Shown in pieces: positions 1-15,993 of a stretch of 64,000 nt of DNA. Within the stretch, counting starts at the first letter, position 1, and every line of letters starts with the position of its first letter. The DNA is from the human T2T-CHM13v2.0 reference genome, Homo sapiens, in NCBI RefSeq assembly GCF_009914755.1, contig NC_060932.1; one strand, written 5' to 3'. A program made the translations under genes and the position numbers. The notes under the pieces were generated by a model. It had not been told where the DNA came from. It saw only the letters and a list, made by a program, of their open reading frames with translations, and did not search any database.

Positions 1-1299
1 TCAAGTTCTTTTTTGTAAATATCTTGAAAAATAAACGGTGGTGTTTGTTAAACTACCGATAGCATTGGACAATCTGTGAGTCTATTGAATAAGTCAAAAT
101 AATATTGTTTTCTCACCTATTCCCAAACATATAAATGTGTGGTACTTTCATAGTTTTAGAAAATATTTAACCTCCTTAGAGAAGAATGACAATTTCATCT
201 GATAATCATCAAAGCCCTATGAGTTCTGAAAGACTGTAGTTTTTATAAATAAATATACCTACGTGAAGAATAAGTCCTGTCAAATTCATCTAATTTTCTT
301 TTATGGTAGTGACAAACTTGATATATCAAAGAGAGGAATTGGATTATAATACTTCCTGACTGTTTAGTCAAGATTTAGTTTGAATTTTTATCAGAGAATG
401 TAGAGAATGTAGCTCAAATTACACTTTTATTATCTGGTTTGAAAATTAGCAGTAGTATGATTTCCAAGCATAATTATGTGTGTTTTGATCTTATTTTAAG
501 AATGTACAGTGGATAGGGTTTCAGAGGGATTTAGTTAATTATTCAAAAGCTTGATAGAGTTTAGGATTAATCCTTGGCAATCAATGAAATAAGTAAAGCT
601 TGTATCTGACTCTATTTGCTTTGTTAACTTCTTACATCTTCCTACTTTTGCTTCATATGCCAAGAGAACCTTATTATAATGAATATGTACAGTGTTGCTT
701 ATAATTTGGGTGTGTCCAGTTTATATCACATCGGCTAAAGTCTTCCCAGTTGTTATTCTTTCAAGATGTGGCCAACTTGAAAGCGACAACCAGCTTAGGT
801 CACTAATCAACCTGTTCCCATGTGTATCATGAATATAAGAAAAAATGGTAAACTGACTTGGCAAACATTTAACTATTTATGCATATTTTGTTGTTTTCTT
901 GCTTATGTCAGTATGCCCCCATCTTTCTCCAGGTAGGATTTGATATAGCAAACATGTTAATTGGAAAAACTAAAAAAATTACAGCAACATATTTAGTGCA
1001 GAAAGATAAAGTATGTGAAAATCATAATAATAACAGTAATAGTCAAAATTATATCTAGTTATCTCAAACCAAATGTGGAGTGTTTCAGTCACAAAATACA
1101 TAGGCTCTACATCCCTTCAATTTTTTGACATCAATCTCTTCCAGTTCAATTTACTCTTCAGGGAATCAAAAGTCTTAGTCCCATGAGACACTCTTGAGCA
1201 TCCCAGAACCGGTTTGATACCTCGAGGTGCCAGTGATTCAAGTACCTGTGATGGTGATGCCTTTTTATTCCTTCATTCATCCTTCACTGGTCTCTTTTG

Positions 1300-2280
1300 T
1301 CTTGGACAATATTTTCTAGTGTAGCATATTAATTCTTTTAATAATTTTTCACCATATTTGTTACTTTTTATGGTTGCTTTAGGTCTTACCATATAAATTT
1401 CAATTTAGCAGAATCTACTTCAGATTTTTACTAACTTAATTCCAGTTTTAAATGTGACTCATGTAGCTCTATTTCCATTTCCTCCTTTATATGTTATTAT
1501 TATTATACATATTGCATCTACATATGTTACAAATTTAACAATACATTATTATTTTATATAAAGTTATGTCTCAAAAACAAAGAAAAAAGAGATCAAATAT
1601 ATATTTATAGGGTTCATTATATTAGACATCATATTTACCATTTCTAGTCATTTTTATTTGTTCCTGTGGACTTGAGTTGTCATCTGATATGCTTTCCTTA
1701 GTTCAATATCAGTTTTCTCCCACCTGCTTTCTTATGCTGCTATTGGCAAATATATTATATTTCTATATGTTATAGATCCAACAACATTATACACATATTA
1801 GTTCACACAATCACTCTTTATGAGTAAGAGAAGAATGGATAAGAAATATGCATTTCTCCTACCTTTTACAATTACACATTTACCTTTAGTGGTACTTTTT
1901 GATTTTTCATGTGGATTCAAATTACTATCTGGGGATGCTTGTTTGCAGCCTGAAGAACTTTTTTTAGTATTTCTTTGAGGGAGTATATGCTAGTAACAAA
2001 TACTGCCAGGTTTTCTTGTACTGAGAATTTCTTCATTTCTCCTTTACTTTTGAAAGACAGCTTTGCAGGGTGTAGGATTTGAAGCTGAAATTGGGTTATT
2101 TTGTGTAAGTTAAAAATGCAATCCCACTTTCTTCTGGCTTCTATTGTTTCTGATGTGAAGACAGCTGTTAATTTTATTGGGATTCACTTATAAGTGACAA
2201 GGCTTTTGCTTGCTGGTTTCAATATTTTCTCCTTGTCTTTGGCTTAAAGAAGTTTTACCATAATGTGTCTGTTTGCTTAT
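1300..2280 (-). mobile_element. Ancient L1M (L1MC/MD/ME-type) ORF1/inter-ORF fragment
   Basis: T-rich sequence with antisense L1 ORF1-type motifs (ctttttagtatttc, ttttgaaagacagctttgcagggtgtaggatt). Boundaries approximate. Confidence 0.65.
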
Positions 2281-2748
2281 TTTCTTACCTAGTACTAGAA
2301 TTTTCTGTCACATACTTTATAGCCCTATTTATTACTAATCTCTCTGTTTCTGACTCTCTCATATATTGTTAGCTATGCTAATCAGTTTTAAAGTTTTTCT
2401 TGTTATTCACCCACTTAGAAATAGTCTATGTCCTCTCATTGTTATTCAGGTAAAATGCAAAATCTTTAATGTAGTTTGAAAGGACATTTGTATCTGGGCC
2501 ATACCTATATCTCAAAGTTTTAATTTTAATAATTCTTCTCTTTTTGTTCATGTTTCTGCCAACCTGGACTTTTATTAGTTCTTCTAGTGTCACTATCGCC
2601 ATTGAGGCTTTTACACATGTTGTTCCTTCTTCCTGGAGAAGTTACTTACCCCTCATTTCAGTATATTTACTATTGTTAAGATAATGTTTTCTGGACCAAT
2701 TGAGATTCTATTGCTCTTTCTTGCTTGCAGAGATGCCTCTTTGTCTCT

Positions 2749-2951
2749 CTGGGGGTCAAGAAATATTTTCTGCTAAAGAGCAGATACTAAATATTAGCTT
2801 TGTAGGTCATATAGTGCCTCTGTTACATATCTGCCTCCTTCTTCTTTTTAATGCCTTTAACAGTGTAAGAATCACCCTTAGTTGTAGTGTTATAAAAAAA
2901 AATGGGCCTTGGGTCAGATTTGGTCCGCGGTCTAAAGTTTTCCAACTCCTG
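2749..2951. mobile_element. MER58 (probably MER58C) hAT-Charlie DNA transposon
   Basis: Degenerate terminal inverted repeats (ggggtcaagaaa ... tttccaactcctg) and internal motifs gagcagatactaaatatt and gatttggtccgcgg resemble the MER58 consensus. Confidence 0.7.
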
Positions 2952-3002
2952 TCCTATCTTATTTTGTTAATCGCCTTATTTTTTGGGGTGAGGGGGCACA
3001 GG

Positions 3003-3117
3003 GGACAAGGTCTCATTATATTATCCAGGCTGGACTCAAACTCCTGGGCTCAAGTGATCATTCAACCTCAGCCATTCGAGTAGCTGAGACTAAAGGCACA
3101 CGCCACCATGCCTGGCT
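3003..3117 (-). mobile_element. FLAM / Alu monomer
   Basis: ccaggctggactcaaactcctgggctcaagtgatc...gccaccatgcctggct is an antisense Alu monomer. Confidence 0.85.
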
Positions 3118-3954
3118 TTCCTTGTATTATCTTAACACTCATTATGCTGTGTCATAATTAATAGCTTAAGGGTCAGTTTGTCCACTAGACTTAAAATTTC
3201 TTTGGAATGGAACCATCTTATTTTTTAGTACCCAACAAATATCTAGAATTTGCAAGCCCTTGAAAATATTGTTGATGAGTGAATGAATATTTTGATGTCA
3301 GTGTTTACCCTTAGACCAAAGTTATGACTTTTTTCTTCCAAAAGAAAATAATTTAACTCTTTGCTGCTCAGTACATCTGGGTTGTATTAACATTTGGCAT
3401 TAATTCTCTCTGTTTGAGGAAAATGCTGTCATTGATTCAATCTTAAAATATATTAATACATTTATTGATAAATCTCCTGATTAAAACACAATCTATTGCT
3501 TTGCTATCTTTGAGTAGATGTTTTACAGAATTGCATCATTGCAATAAATCAACCATTAATAATGCTGAAAGGCTATACTGTCTTAAACTCACAATCCTGA
3601 GAGAATAAAGGCAATTTGGATTTAAGGTGAGGTTAAATAAGGAAAACATTAGCACGGCATTAAGGACAGCAATAGTTAAAGAAGTTTGAAAGTCTGTTCT
3701 CTTCAGTGAATCACCAAGAGTAAAAGATTTGTAGAATCTATCAACTAATTTTTATTTTTGGTCATCATGTTTAATTCTCAGTATGCATGCGGCAAGCTTT
3801 CTACTACATGGGGTGTGAGAAATGGAATGATCACTGATAAATGCAATTCAAGTATAATTTCCCTCCTTCTTATTAAGTTTGTCATCATATGTATTGTTCT
3901 TATTAATACAACTGTAAGAAAAAATTTTGGTGAATGATGAATACTGTAGATTAT

Positions 3955-4385
3955 ATGGCTCAATGCCTCTTCCAAACACTTCTAACCAACCTGTGAAAGC
4001 TAAAAACAGCTAAAGACTACATGTTCTAGAATCCTTTGTAAAAGTTTTAATTTTGATTGTGGCCTCCATTCTGCCCAGTATATATTTCTCTGCAGTATCT
4101 GGAAGAAGTCAGGAGCAGCTCTCCTTGCAACCATGGTGATGAGCATGGTGGTTCTAAAGTTCATCCCCTGTTTCACACGTGATGAGTGGCACAGAGCAGC
4201 AGGAGTGAGGTTTCCTTTAGAAGAGCTCTGTGTTGTGAGTGGGCATTTCCGCTGGCTACTCTATTTTCTTGCTCTATAGTATTGAATTCTAGTTTTATGG
4301 CCCTACTAGAGCTTCCTAACACCCTCTGATAAACGACTTTTTATTTAAGTTAGATCGCAAGAGTCTGCTGTCTGTACCTAGGAAC
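3955..4385 (+). mobile_element. Old ERVL LTR (LTR33/LTR16-like)
   Basis: The 3' end (ataaacgactttttatttaagttagat...gagtctgctgtctgtacctaggaac) resembles LTR33-type termini. Confidence 0.45.
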
Positions 4386-4596
4386 AAAGGGCTGCGCACT
4401 GGGTGTTCATTCTACCAATGGTCTCCTTTGTGAATACCTAGTTTTTTCAACATTTTTTCATTTCAAAAATAAATTTTTTTCATAAGAAATATGAAATTTG
4501 TCTCTTCATATTTTTAACATCTGTGTACAGAACACCATGCTAGTTGCTTTTGTTGTGGCAATGAAAAGAAATACATTTTTAAATCACTTAAAGTCA

Positions 4597-4894
4597 GGCC
4601 GGACACAGTGGCTCACACCCATATCCCGGCACTTTGGGAGGCTGAGGTGGGCTGACCACCTGAGGTCAGGAGCTCAAGACCAGCCTGGACAACATGATGA
4701 AACCACGTCTCTGCTAAAAGAACAAAAATTAGCCAGGCACAGTGGCAGGCGCTTGTAATCCCAGCTACCTAGGAGGCTGAGGCAGGAGAATCTCTTGAAC
4801 CAGGAGGCTGAGGTTGCAGTGAGCCGAGATCGTGCTGCTGCACTCCAGCCTGGGTGACAGAGCAAGACTCCATCTCAAAAAACAAAATAAAATA
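4597..4894 (+). mobile_element. AluS (Sx/Sz-like), full length
   Basis: Dimeric Alu with A-tail. Perfect 16-bp TSD aaatcacttaaagtca at 4581-4596 and 4895-4910. Confidence 0.97.
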
Positions 4895-5324
4895 AAATCA
4901 CTTAAAGTCAAATGCTTCAGTAACTACACTGTACTCCTTACTATGTAGGACAGTTTGTTGATCTCAAAGATTTAATAATTAGAAAAATACAAAAAGTATG
5001 ATTTTTAAACAAATGAGATAGATCAAAATATGATGTCTTAAAATGATTTTCACTATCTCATGGACATATATATTATCTAACATAATAAATATCAACACAC
5101 ACAGTGGAAACTGAATAGGAGAGAGGATTTTTTGGATATGGTTTAACCCAAAGTAGGACTGATAATGTGAGGCAGGAAAAATAGCATAAGCCAATATATG
5201 GTTTTCAGATCTTGCTTTAGAATAGTTGATCAAACAGCCCAATTTAATCAGATGCATATTCATGAACATTGGGAGATCAGTCAGACTTTCTGTAGTCTCA
5301 GGCATTTTAAATACCATATTCATA

Positions 5325-5570
5325 TGCTTGGGCTTTAACTTACAGATAATGTGACATCATTAAAGGTTTTGAATAACAGAAGAGACCTGAAAAAGTCAAA
5401 GTTTTAGGGGAATAGCAGAGCAATATGAGTGATAGTTGAAAGGAGAGAGGTACTAGAAAACCAGAACAATTAGGAGTCTATTTTGGTAGTACCAGAGGCA
5501 AAGAGATGAGAGGCAATGGAGATAAGAAGTAGTGGTGACAGTAATAATGGAAATAAATTAATATGAGGAA
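5325..5570 (-). mobile_element. L2 fragment
   Basis: Purine-rich L2-like motifs (cattaaaggttttgaataacagaagagac, ttaggagtctatt...ccagaggcaaagagatg). Confidence 0.45.
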
Positions 5571-7914
5571 TGTTTTCATTATTTGGGAGTATTGTATAGA
5601 ATAGATCTTTTCAAATACATTTCCACTTCTTTGCAATGCTGACAGTCTATACATGTTGGGGATGTTCTGGTTTTTCAGATCTCTACCAGAGTGCTCTGTT
5701 GCTGCACAGATGCATATGTCTGTGGATGTCAGTTTAAACACACATCAGACACTGAGAACGGATTCTCAAGCATGGGTTGAAAGGGACCTGTGCTCTCACC
5801 CACCACCTGCAGCATTAGAACACACATTTCCTGGATTTCTCACTGTCTCCACTCCAAAGTCTTTTGTGAGTGCAGGCCACTATTTATATATGTTCAGAGG
5901 AGAGTTGCTTTTATTTTCCTACCCAGAGCCCAAGCATAAAGATAGTTTCCAGAATGACTCATTTCATGTGTGGAAAGATATTTTTAATTCACATTTTCAT
6001 TGATAGTCTTCATTGACATTATTTTCCCTTTACTCTTACTTTTGTCATTAAAACTCAAGCACTTTGACTACTGCCATCTGCAAATGTTCCCAAGGCTTCT
6101 TATGGGCCTGCTTACCACTTTTTTCAGCTTTATCTGTAATATATATTTTTTTACTATGAAAGGATTTATGGTGATATTGATCATCTAAAGGTACAAATTC
6201 AGAATATATGTATTTTATTGTTTTCTAAATAATATTTATTAAGATTACTTAAATATAATCCAGTATCTCAACATAGACTTTTCTGTGACAATTTTTTTTT
6301 ACAATTCAAGAATCTTCAATTTATTTGCCATGAAGCTTCTTTTTTTATAACTGTTTACTTATGATTTCATAGTATACCTTTTTGCTAGAGTAATAATTAG
6401 TAATAGAAATGTGTGATGGCTATGTAAAATTTAATGATTTCATTAACAGTCTCTGAAAAGAGCTTCTAATATTATTACCAGAGAAGCTTTAATAATTTAC
6501 CTCATAACTATTATGGCTAGAAATGTCATTAAAATATAATGTTATAGTATAACAATGCACTACAGAATCACTGATTTTGTTTTCAATCAGTTTTGACTTT
6601 GACAAAGATATTTATATCTATAGAATACTTCAAACATACTTTGTAGAAAGTATATAGTTTAATTTCTTACTCAGAATTTAGCCTTCTGATTTTATTAATA
6701 ATATGATAAATGTGAACAGTATATTAGTTATGTAAAGTTAAAGTACTGCTTATTTAAATAATTATCCAGCTGCTAGATAATAATTAAATTAAAATAAATT
6801 AAGAATTTATTTAATTAATTCAAATCCCTCAGAAGTAGATAAGATAAAATTAAACACCTTTTAATAATGGAACACTCATCTATTCAAATTCCCCATGAGT
6901 AGATGGAGCTTTTCATCAGTAACCCAGGCAACTACTGAAGCTCTTTATAGAGCTCTTTTCTCTACCTCTTTCTACTTCTCACAAATGACCATTGCTTCTT
7001 TATTTTGTCACAACATAAACTATATTTCCTATTATTGCAATTAACTTTTAGTATTGTGTCTCCTGACATTTAGAAGGAAAGTTGGATTTCTCTTCACCTA
7101 AAAAATAAAATTGCATAATTTCATTTTCTCACATTTGAAGCAAACTTAATATATAAAAATAAATTTGAAACTTTTTTCTCTAAGCAAACCAAATATGTGA
7201 ACATTTAAATCTAGAGAAATGCTAAATTATAAATACTATTCATTTTAATAAAAGTAATTTCTACTAAAATTTCCAAAGTAGAACTTTTAAAAATGCGAAC
7301 TCTTATGTTTCGCTATGAATATTATTTATAACCAAACTGTTAACAATGATTATTGCTGCTTGGTGCTATTGATTGTCTTTTTTCCTGTTTTTCTGTATAT
7401 TCTAGACATTCTATAATAAGTACATATGTTTATAGCAAAATAAATAGGTACAATTATAATACAATTTGATTTCTAAAAACCTAAAACAATATTTTTAATA
7501 AAGAAGCAATTCGTATTGGATGTTGTGATCCACCATTCCTGTCTTCTACCCATAGGAGTGCATTAGCATAAGTCCTTGCCATCTTAGATTTGACAGTTTT
7601 CATGAACTTTGGCAATACATACTTTTGGGAATGCCTTCTGCATGGAAAGTTTCTTCACATTCGGAGGGATAAAATGAACAAAGATAGAGCCCAAAATAAT
7701 AGAAGTAGTCAGTTAGGTATGTAGGGGAGGGAGAAAGGGGGAAGAAGTGAAAATAGAAAAGAGGTTCTTACTTGCTTCCAAATTCTAAGGCCAGGTCATT
7801 AGTGTGTAAAAGTAAATAAGGCCAAAGGGTTTCTTTGTGAATGGTGACATCTTGAGTATGTCTAACAAGAGGACATAAAGAAGCAGGATTGACTGTTGCA
7901 AAAGTAATTAGTAT

Positions 7915-8003
7915 CTATATATATGTCTATATAATTTGGTATATATATATATACACGTATATATATACATATATATGTGTGTGTGTGTCTATATAATTTG
8001 GTA
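7915..8003. repeat. Compound (TA)n/(TG)n microsatellite
   Basis: Dinucleotide runs are directly visible. An 18-bp direct repeat tgtctatataatttggta lies at 7924-7941 and 7986-8003. Confidence 0.9.
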
Positions 8004-8154
8004 ATGCTGTCGTGACCAATGACCACTGAATTCATTTCCTTTGTATATCTGATGTCTATAAAAAGAGAAATAAGACTTTAAATCATAAAACAGGCTATAA
8101 TTCATAAAGTATCATGGTGTAATAATATATGGTTTGAGGAAGTATCTTAGGCTG

Positions 8155-8757
<603 letters not shown>

Positions 8758-9040
8758 TCGTAGAACATGCAATACTCTTTCTGATACTGTAAAACAGAAA
8801 AAGAGGCAAAAATATTGGCATAACAGATATACGATATGAATTTTTAAATCTGTGTAAAGATTAACTATTATTTCTTTTTAAAATATCTTATAAATCACTT
8901 TAATAATAACTTCCTAAAAAGTGGCTAGAGCTAAGAGAGTGAACCATGTCAATAAAGGTTTGTTTTTCTTATTCTGACGTTTGAATGTCCTTAATTTGTC
9001 TGTAATCACACATTTACAGATGCATTTGTGAGAATGTGGG

Positions 9041-9059
9041 GTGTGTGTGTGTGTGTGTG
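9041..9059. repeat. (GT)n microsatellite
   Basis: About 9 GT units. Confidence 0.85.
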
Positions 9060-9818
9060 ATTATCTCAAGAAAATGAAAACATATTTACCTGTAATATTT
9101 TAATTTTCATTTTAAAATAAACTATGTTGCACTAATAAATCTGTTGAGATACCAGGATTATGAATTAAATATCTTAGATCTTAATCTTTATGGATGCTAA
9201 TGGGCCTCATGAAGTGATATTTATATCTCTATATTCTATCTAGAATTCTATATTTTATCTAGAATTCTATATTCTATATATTCTCCCTACATATTCTATA
9301 TATCTATATCTATATTAAGATCCTTATTAATATAGACATTAACATATTAATAAGAGCTTTATTATTAATATAGATTTGTATAAGCTGAGCTGTATTTTAA
9401 ATACATCAGGAAACAATATTTACAGACATAATAATTATTTGAGAAAGTAATTTTCAAATTTTTTGTAAATCTGATTTTTATTATTGTTATTGTAACTACA
9501 TTGCTTTTTTTTATTATAAAGGTAATTTTATATTCCACAAAGTTTTACCCCACTTGCAAATAGACTATGCATGTTTATAGTTTAAAAATTATATAGATTC
9601 ATGGTATCATAAATTTGAAATCTTAAGTATTCCCCTCCCCTCAAGAAAATAGTATTAACTGCTTAGGTTCCCAGGGCAAAGCGCGATGGAAGACTTAAGG
9701 TATCCTTCTCTGCTTCTGAAAATGAGGGGCTACTCCTCACCCCATGATCACTACACCCTGACCCATTGAACAACATAAATGGATATTCCTTTAGCTTCAA
9801 ATGTGCCTTGGTTTCTTT

Positions 9819-10121
9819 TTTCCCTCTTTTTTTTTTTTTTGAGATGGAGCCTCTCACTGTCGCCCAGGCTGGAGTACAGTGGAGCAATCTTGGCTCACTG
9901 CAACCTACACCTCCCGGGTTCAAGTCATTATCCTGCTTCAGCCTCCTGAGTAGCCAGGATTACAGGCTCCCACCATGAAGCCTGGCTAATTTTTTGTAGT
10001 TTTAGTAGAGATAGGGTTTCACCGTGTTGGCCAGGCTGGTCTCGAACTCCTGACCTTGTGATTTGCCTTCCTCGGCCTCCCAAAGTGCTGGGATTACAGA
10101 TGTGAGCCACCATGCCCGGCC
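9819..10121 (-). mobile_element. AluS (Sg-like), full length
   Basis: Antisense Alu. TSD caaatgtgccttggtttcttt at 9798-9818 and 10122-10142. Confidence 0.97.
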
Positions 10122-10174
10122 CAAATGTGCCTTGGTTTCTTTGCTTTGTCCAGAAGATTGGGTAAGGGAAAAAT

Positions 10175-10400
10175 CAGCATTTATTGAACATCTGCTCTGT
10201 GTCAGCTACTTTCTAGTTACTTTCACACACATTGTCTCATTTACTTCTCAAAACCTCTATCAGAAAAGTATATTTGCTTTATTAATACAGAAACTCAATC
10301 TCAAACGTTTACCATTCCAAGATTAGACTTTTGGTAAATGTCATGTTTGAAATCCAGAACTGATAAATGTGAAAATAAATCTTCTTTCTGTTACATTATG
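10175..10400 (-). mobile_element. MIR
   Basis: agcatttattgaacatctgctctgtgtcag...cattgtctcatttacttctcaaaac is a typical antisense MIR. Confidence 0.7.
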
Positions 10401-11099
10401 AAATTTCTTCAAGAGGTTTTCTAGTGTTTGGAAAAGTCTGAAGCAACTGCCTGTGGGTTTGCAGAGGTAAGAGTATCACGACACCAGTCAGTACAAAAAT
10501 CTGGGTTTTATTTATTCATTTGTAAACTCAAGCCAGTTCTCTATTCCACTTTTTCCAATTATTTGCTTTTGAGAGTCTCAGGATTATCCTTCCTTCCTCT
10601 CCTTCCACATTTTCTCCCCTGTCCCTTCTCCTGGCCATGCTTCTCTAGTCCCGACGGTCTTGTTTAGATCACAATGCGGTTTGTAGATTTTCCTTCACTC
10701 TCTCTTTCAGAAAAAAATGCCAAAATGGTGTTTTAAGAAGCTTTTATTGCTGTAATAAACAGAAAGAAATAGACATATGGTTAAAAAGCTCCTCACAGCA
10801 TTCCATCTTCTCCTCCTGTTCACATAGATCTTCCTTAGTTTTCATGTAAATGAAATAAGTCTTTGGGAACATGCAGTCCTGAATTAGATCCAAATGCATT
10901 TCCCAGAAAATCATAGATTAAATGGATTTTGGATTGTTAATTTGATAAGTTAATTGGATTCCTTGTTTGTTGGAGAAGACCAGAATGAGGGCTGAAAACT
11001 CAGTCCAAATACGAGACAGAGTGAGTAATAGCTATGAAAATTGTCCCAGATCATTTGTCACCTGGGTGTATGTTAGAAAAAGGTACTACTTTCTCATGG

Positions 11100-11228
11100 C
11101 AGATGTGGCCCTATGCTAGGGAACACATAGTGGTAGGATCATGAGCTGGATTTCAGCCACACCACACCCTGCAGCCAGGTGTCCTTTTGCAGTGAACAAC
11201 CTGCAAAATCATGTATATGCAGTGATCT
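11100..11228 (-). mobile_element. MER91 (hAT-Tip100) fragment
   Basis: gctggatttcagcc...gccaggtgtccttttgcagtgaacaacctgca matches the reverse complement of the MER91A/B terminus. Confidence 0.65.
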
Positions 11229-11957
11229 TCCATCTCTCTGTTCTTTTCTCCTTCCACATATAACATTCTGAAATCATATACTTGAGCTTGGATTATAAAT
11301 AGGGCCAATGGCCTAGAAATATGGAGAAAAAAATGAAAAATATAATATAGTGAAAGGGAAACATGAAGAGTTTTCTTAGCCCATTGGACACTTGGCTTAA
11401 CCTGGCAAATGTTAACATGTGGAGAACATATGCAAATCAGTTATCCATAAGTCAGCATCACTTGCAGTTTAAAAAATATAAATATGATATCAAAACTCAA
11501 TATTATAGTTTTATGAATTATAAAGTATTTTTAAATATTTTCAAATTGATTTTATTAATGTTATTCTCAGAAATGGAAACTATTTTAACAAAATATTTGT
11601 GTCCATGTATGTAGCCACAGAGATTAGACACAGACACAGCATGCTATAATGACAATGAATTATATCTCGATCAATAAGTATTTACAATATATAAAACCCC
11701 AAAAGTCTGGAGAGTCACCAGAACGAGTACCTGTTACTACTGATTTTAAAATCCATATTGAAAAACTTTAAAAAATCTAAAGTTATGCATTGTTCAGGTA
11801 GAAACTAGACACACTAACTTCTAAGAAGCTAAAATTTTGTAGCTATACTGGTACGTTAGGGCCACTAGCTGGTCACTTAATTGAAGACATTAGAAAATCA
11901 TATAAAATGACATATATAGCTTAAGCATTTTATTTTAATTGAAAGTATTTATCATGG

Positions 11958-12065
11958 AGTCAGACACAATGGATAGTGCTTGTAGTCCCAGCTACTCAGG
12001 AGGCCAAGGTGGGAAGATTATTAGATGTATATGTGTGTGTATACACACACACATATACACACACA
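11958..12065 (+). mobile_element. Old Alu/FLAM fragment followed by a TG/CA microsatellite
   Basis: gcttgtagtcccagctactcaggaggccaaggtgggaagat, then tgtgtgtgtatacacacacac. Confidence 0.75.
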
Positions 12066-12975
12066 TTCTATTTCCAATGTTTGGAGGGTGAAGGCCTCTT
12101 ATTTTAGTATGGTTCCACTGATTGGAGATCTGAATTTTTTTGTGTACTTATGAATTTTAGCATAAATTCATTTAAAGAGGGACAACAAATAAAATCTTTT
12201 GTGAAGACTAAAAATTTCTTTTGTACAATACAAAAGATGAAACAAAATGTTGGTTCTTTGAAAAAATAAATAAAATTGATAGACCATTGGCATGATTAAC
12301 CAAGAAAAGAAGAGAGAAAATCCAAATAACCCCACTAAGAAACAAAACAGGAGATATTACAACTGACACCACTGAAATACAGAAGATCACTCAAGGCTAC
12401 TATGAACACCTTTACATACATAAACTAGAAGACCTAGAAGAGATGGATAAATTCCTGGAAAAAATACAACCCTCCTAGCTTAAATCAGGAAGAATTAGAT
12501 ACCCTGAACAGACTAATAACAAGCAGCAAGATTGAAATGGTAATTTAAAAATTGCCAACAAAAAAAGTCCAGGACCAGATGGATTCACAGCAGAATTCTA
12601 CCAAACATTCAAAGAATTGGTACTAATCCTTTTGAAACAATACCACAAGATAGAGAAAGAAAGAACCCTCCTTAATTTATTTTATGAAGCCAGCATCACC
12701 CTAATACCAAAACCAGGAAAAGACATAACCCAAAAAGAAAACTACAGACCAATAGCCTTGATGAACACAGATGCTAAAATCCTTAATAAAATATTTGCTA
12801 ACTAAATCCAACAACATATCAAAAAGATAATCTGCCATGATAACGTGGGTTTCATACCAAAGATGCAGGGATAGTTTAGCATATGCAAGTCAATAAATGT
12901 AATACACCATATAAACAGAACGCAAGTCAATAAATGTGATACACCACATAAACAGAATTAAAAACAAAAATCACA

Positions 12976-15993
<3,018 letters not shown>

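Larger units (their letters stand above)
2420..3290 (+). mobile_element. L2 3' region interrupted by MER58 and FLAM
   Basis: L2-like motifs (gcttttacacatgttgttccttcttcctgg) and an L2-like terminus (aaatattgttgatgagtgaatgaat) near 3265-3290. Confidence 0.55.

Noticed and set aside
2700-6188. ORFs 2700-3083, 4979-5323, 5653-6003 and 6000-6188
   Set aside because: They span MER58/FLAM/L2 or AT-rich DNA, with no recognisable domain or exon boundaries.
9225-9385. TCTATA/ATTAAT low-complexity region with short inverted repeats, and other small hairpins (758-783, ~56047-56061)
   Set aside because: These are expected by chance in AT-rich DNA, and I recognise no structured RNA family.
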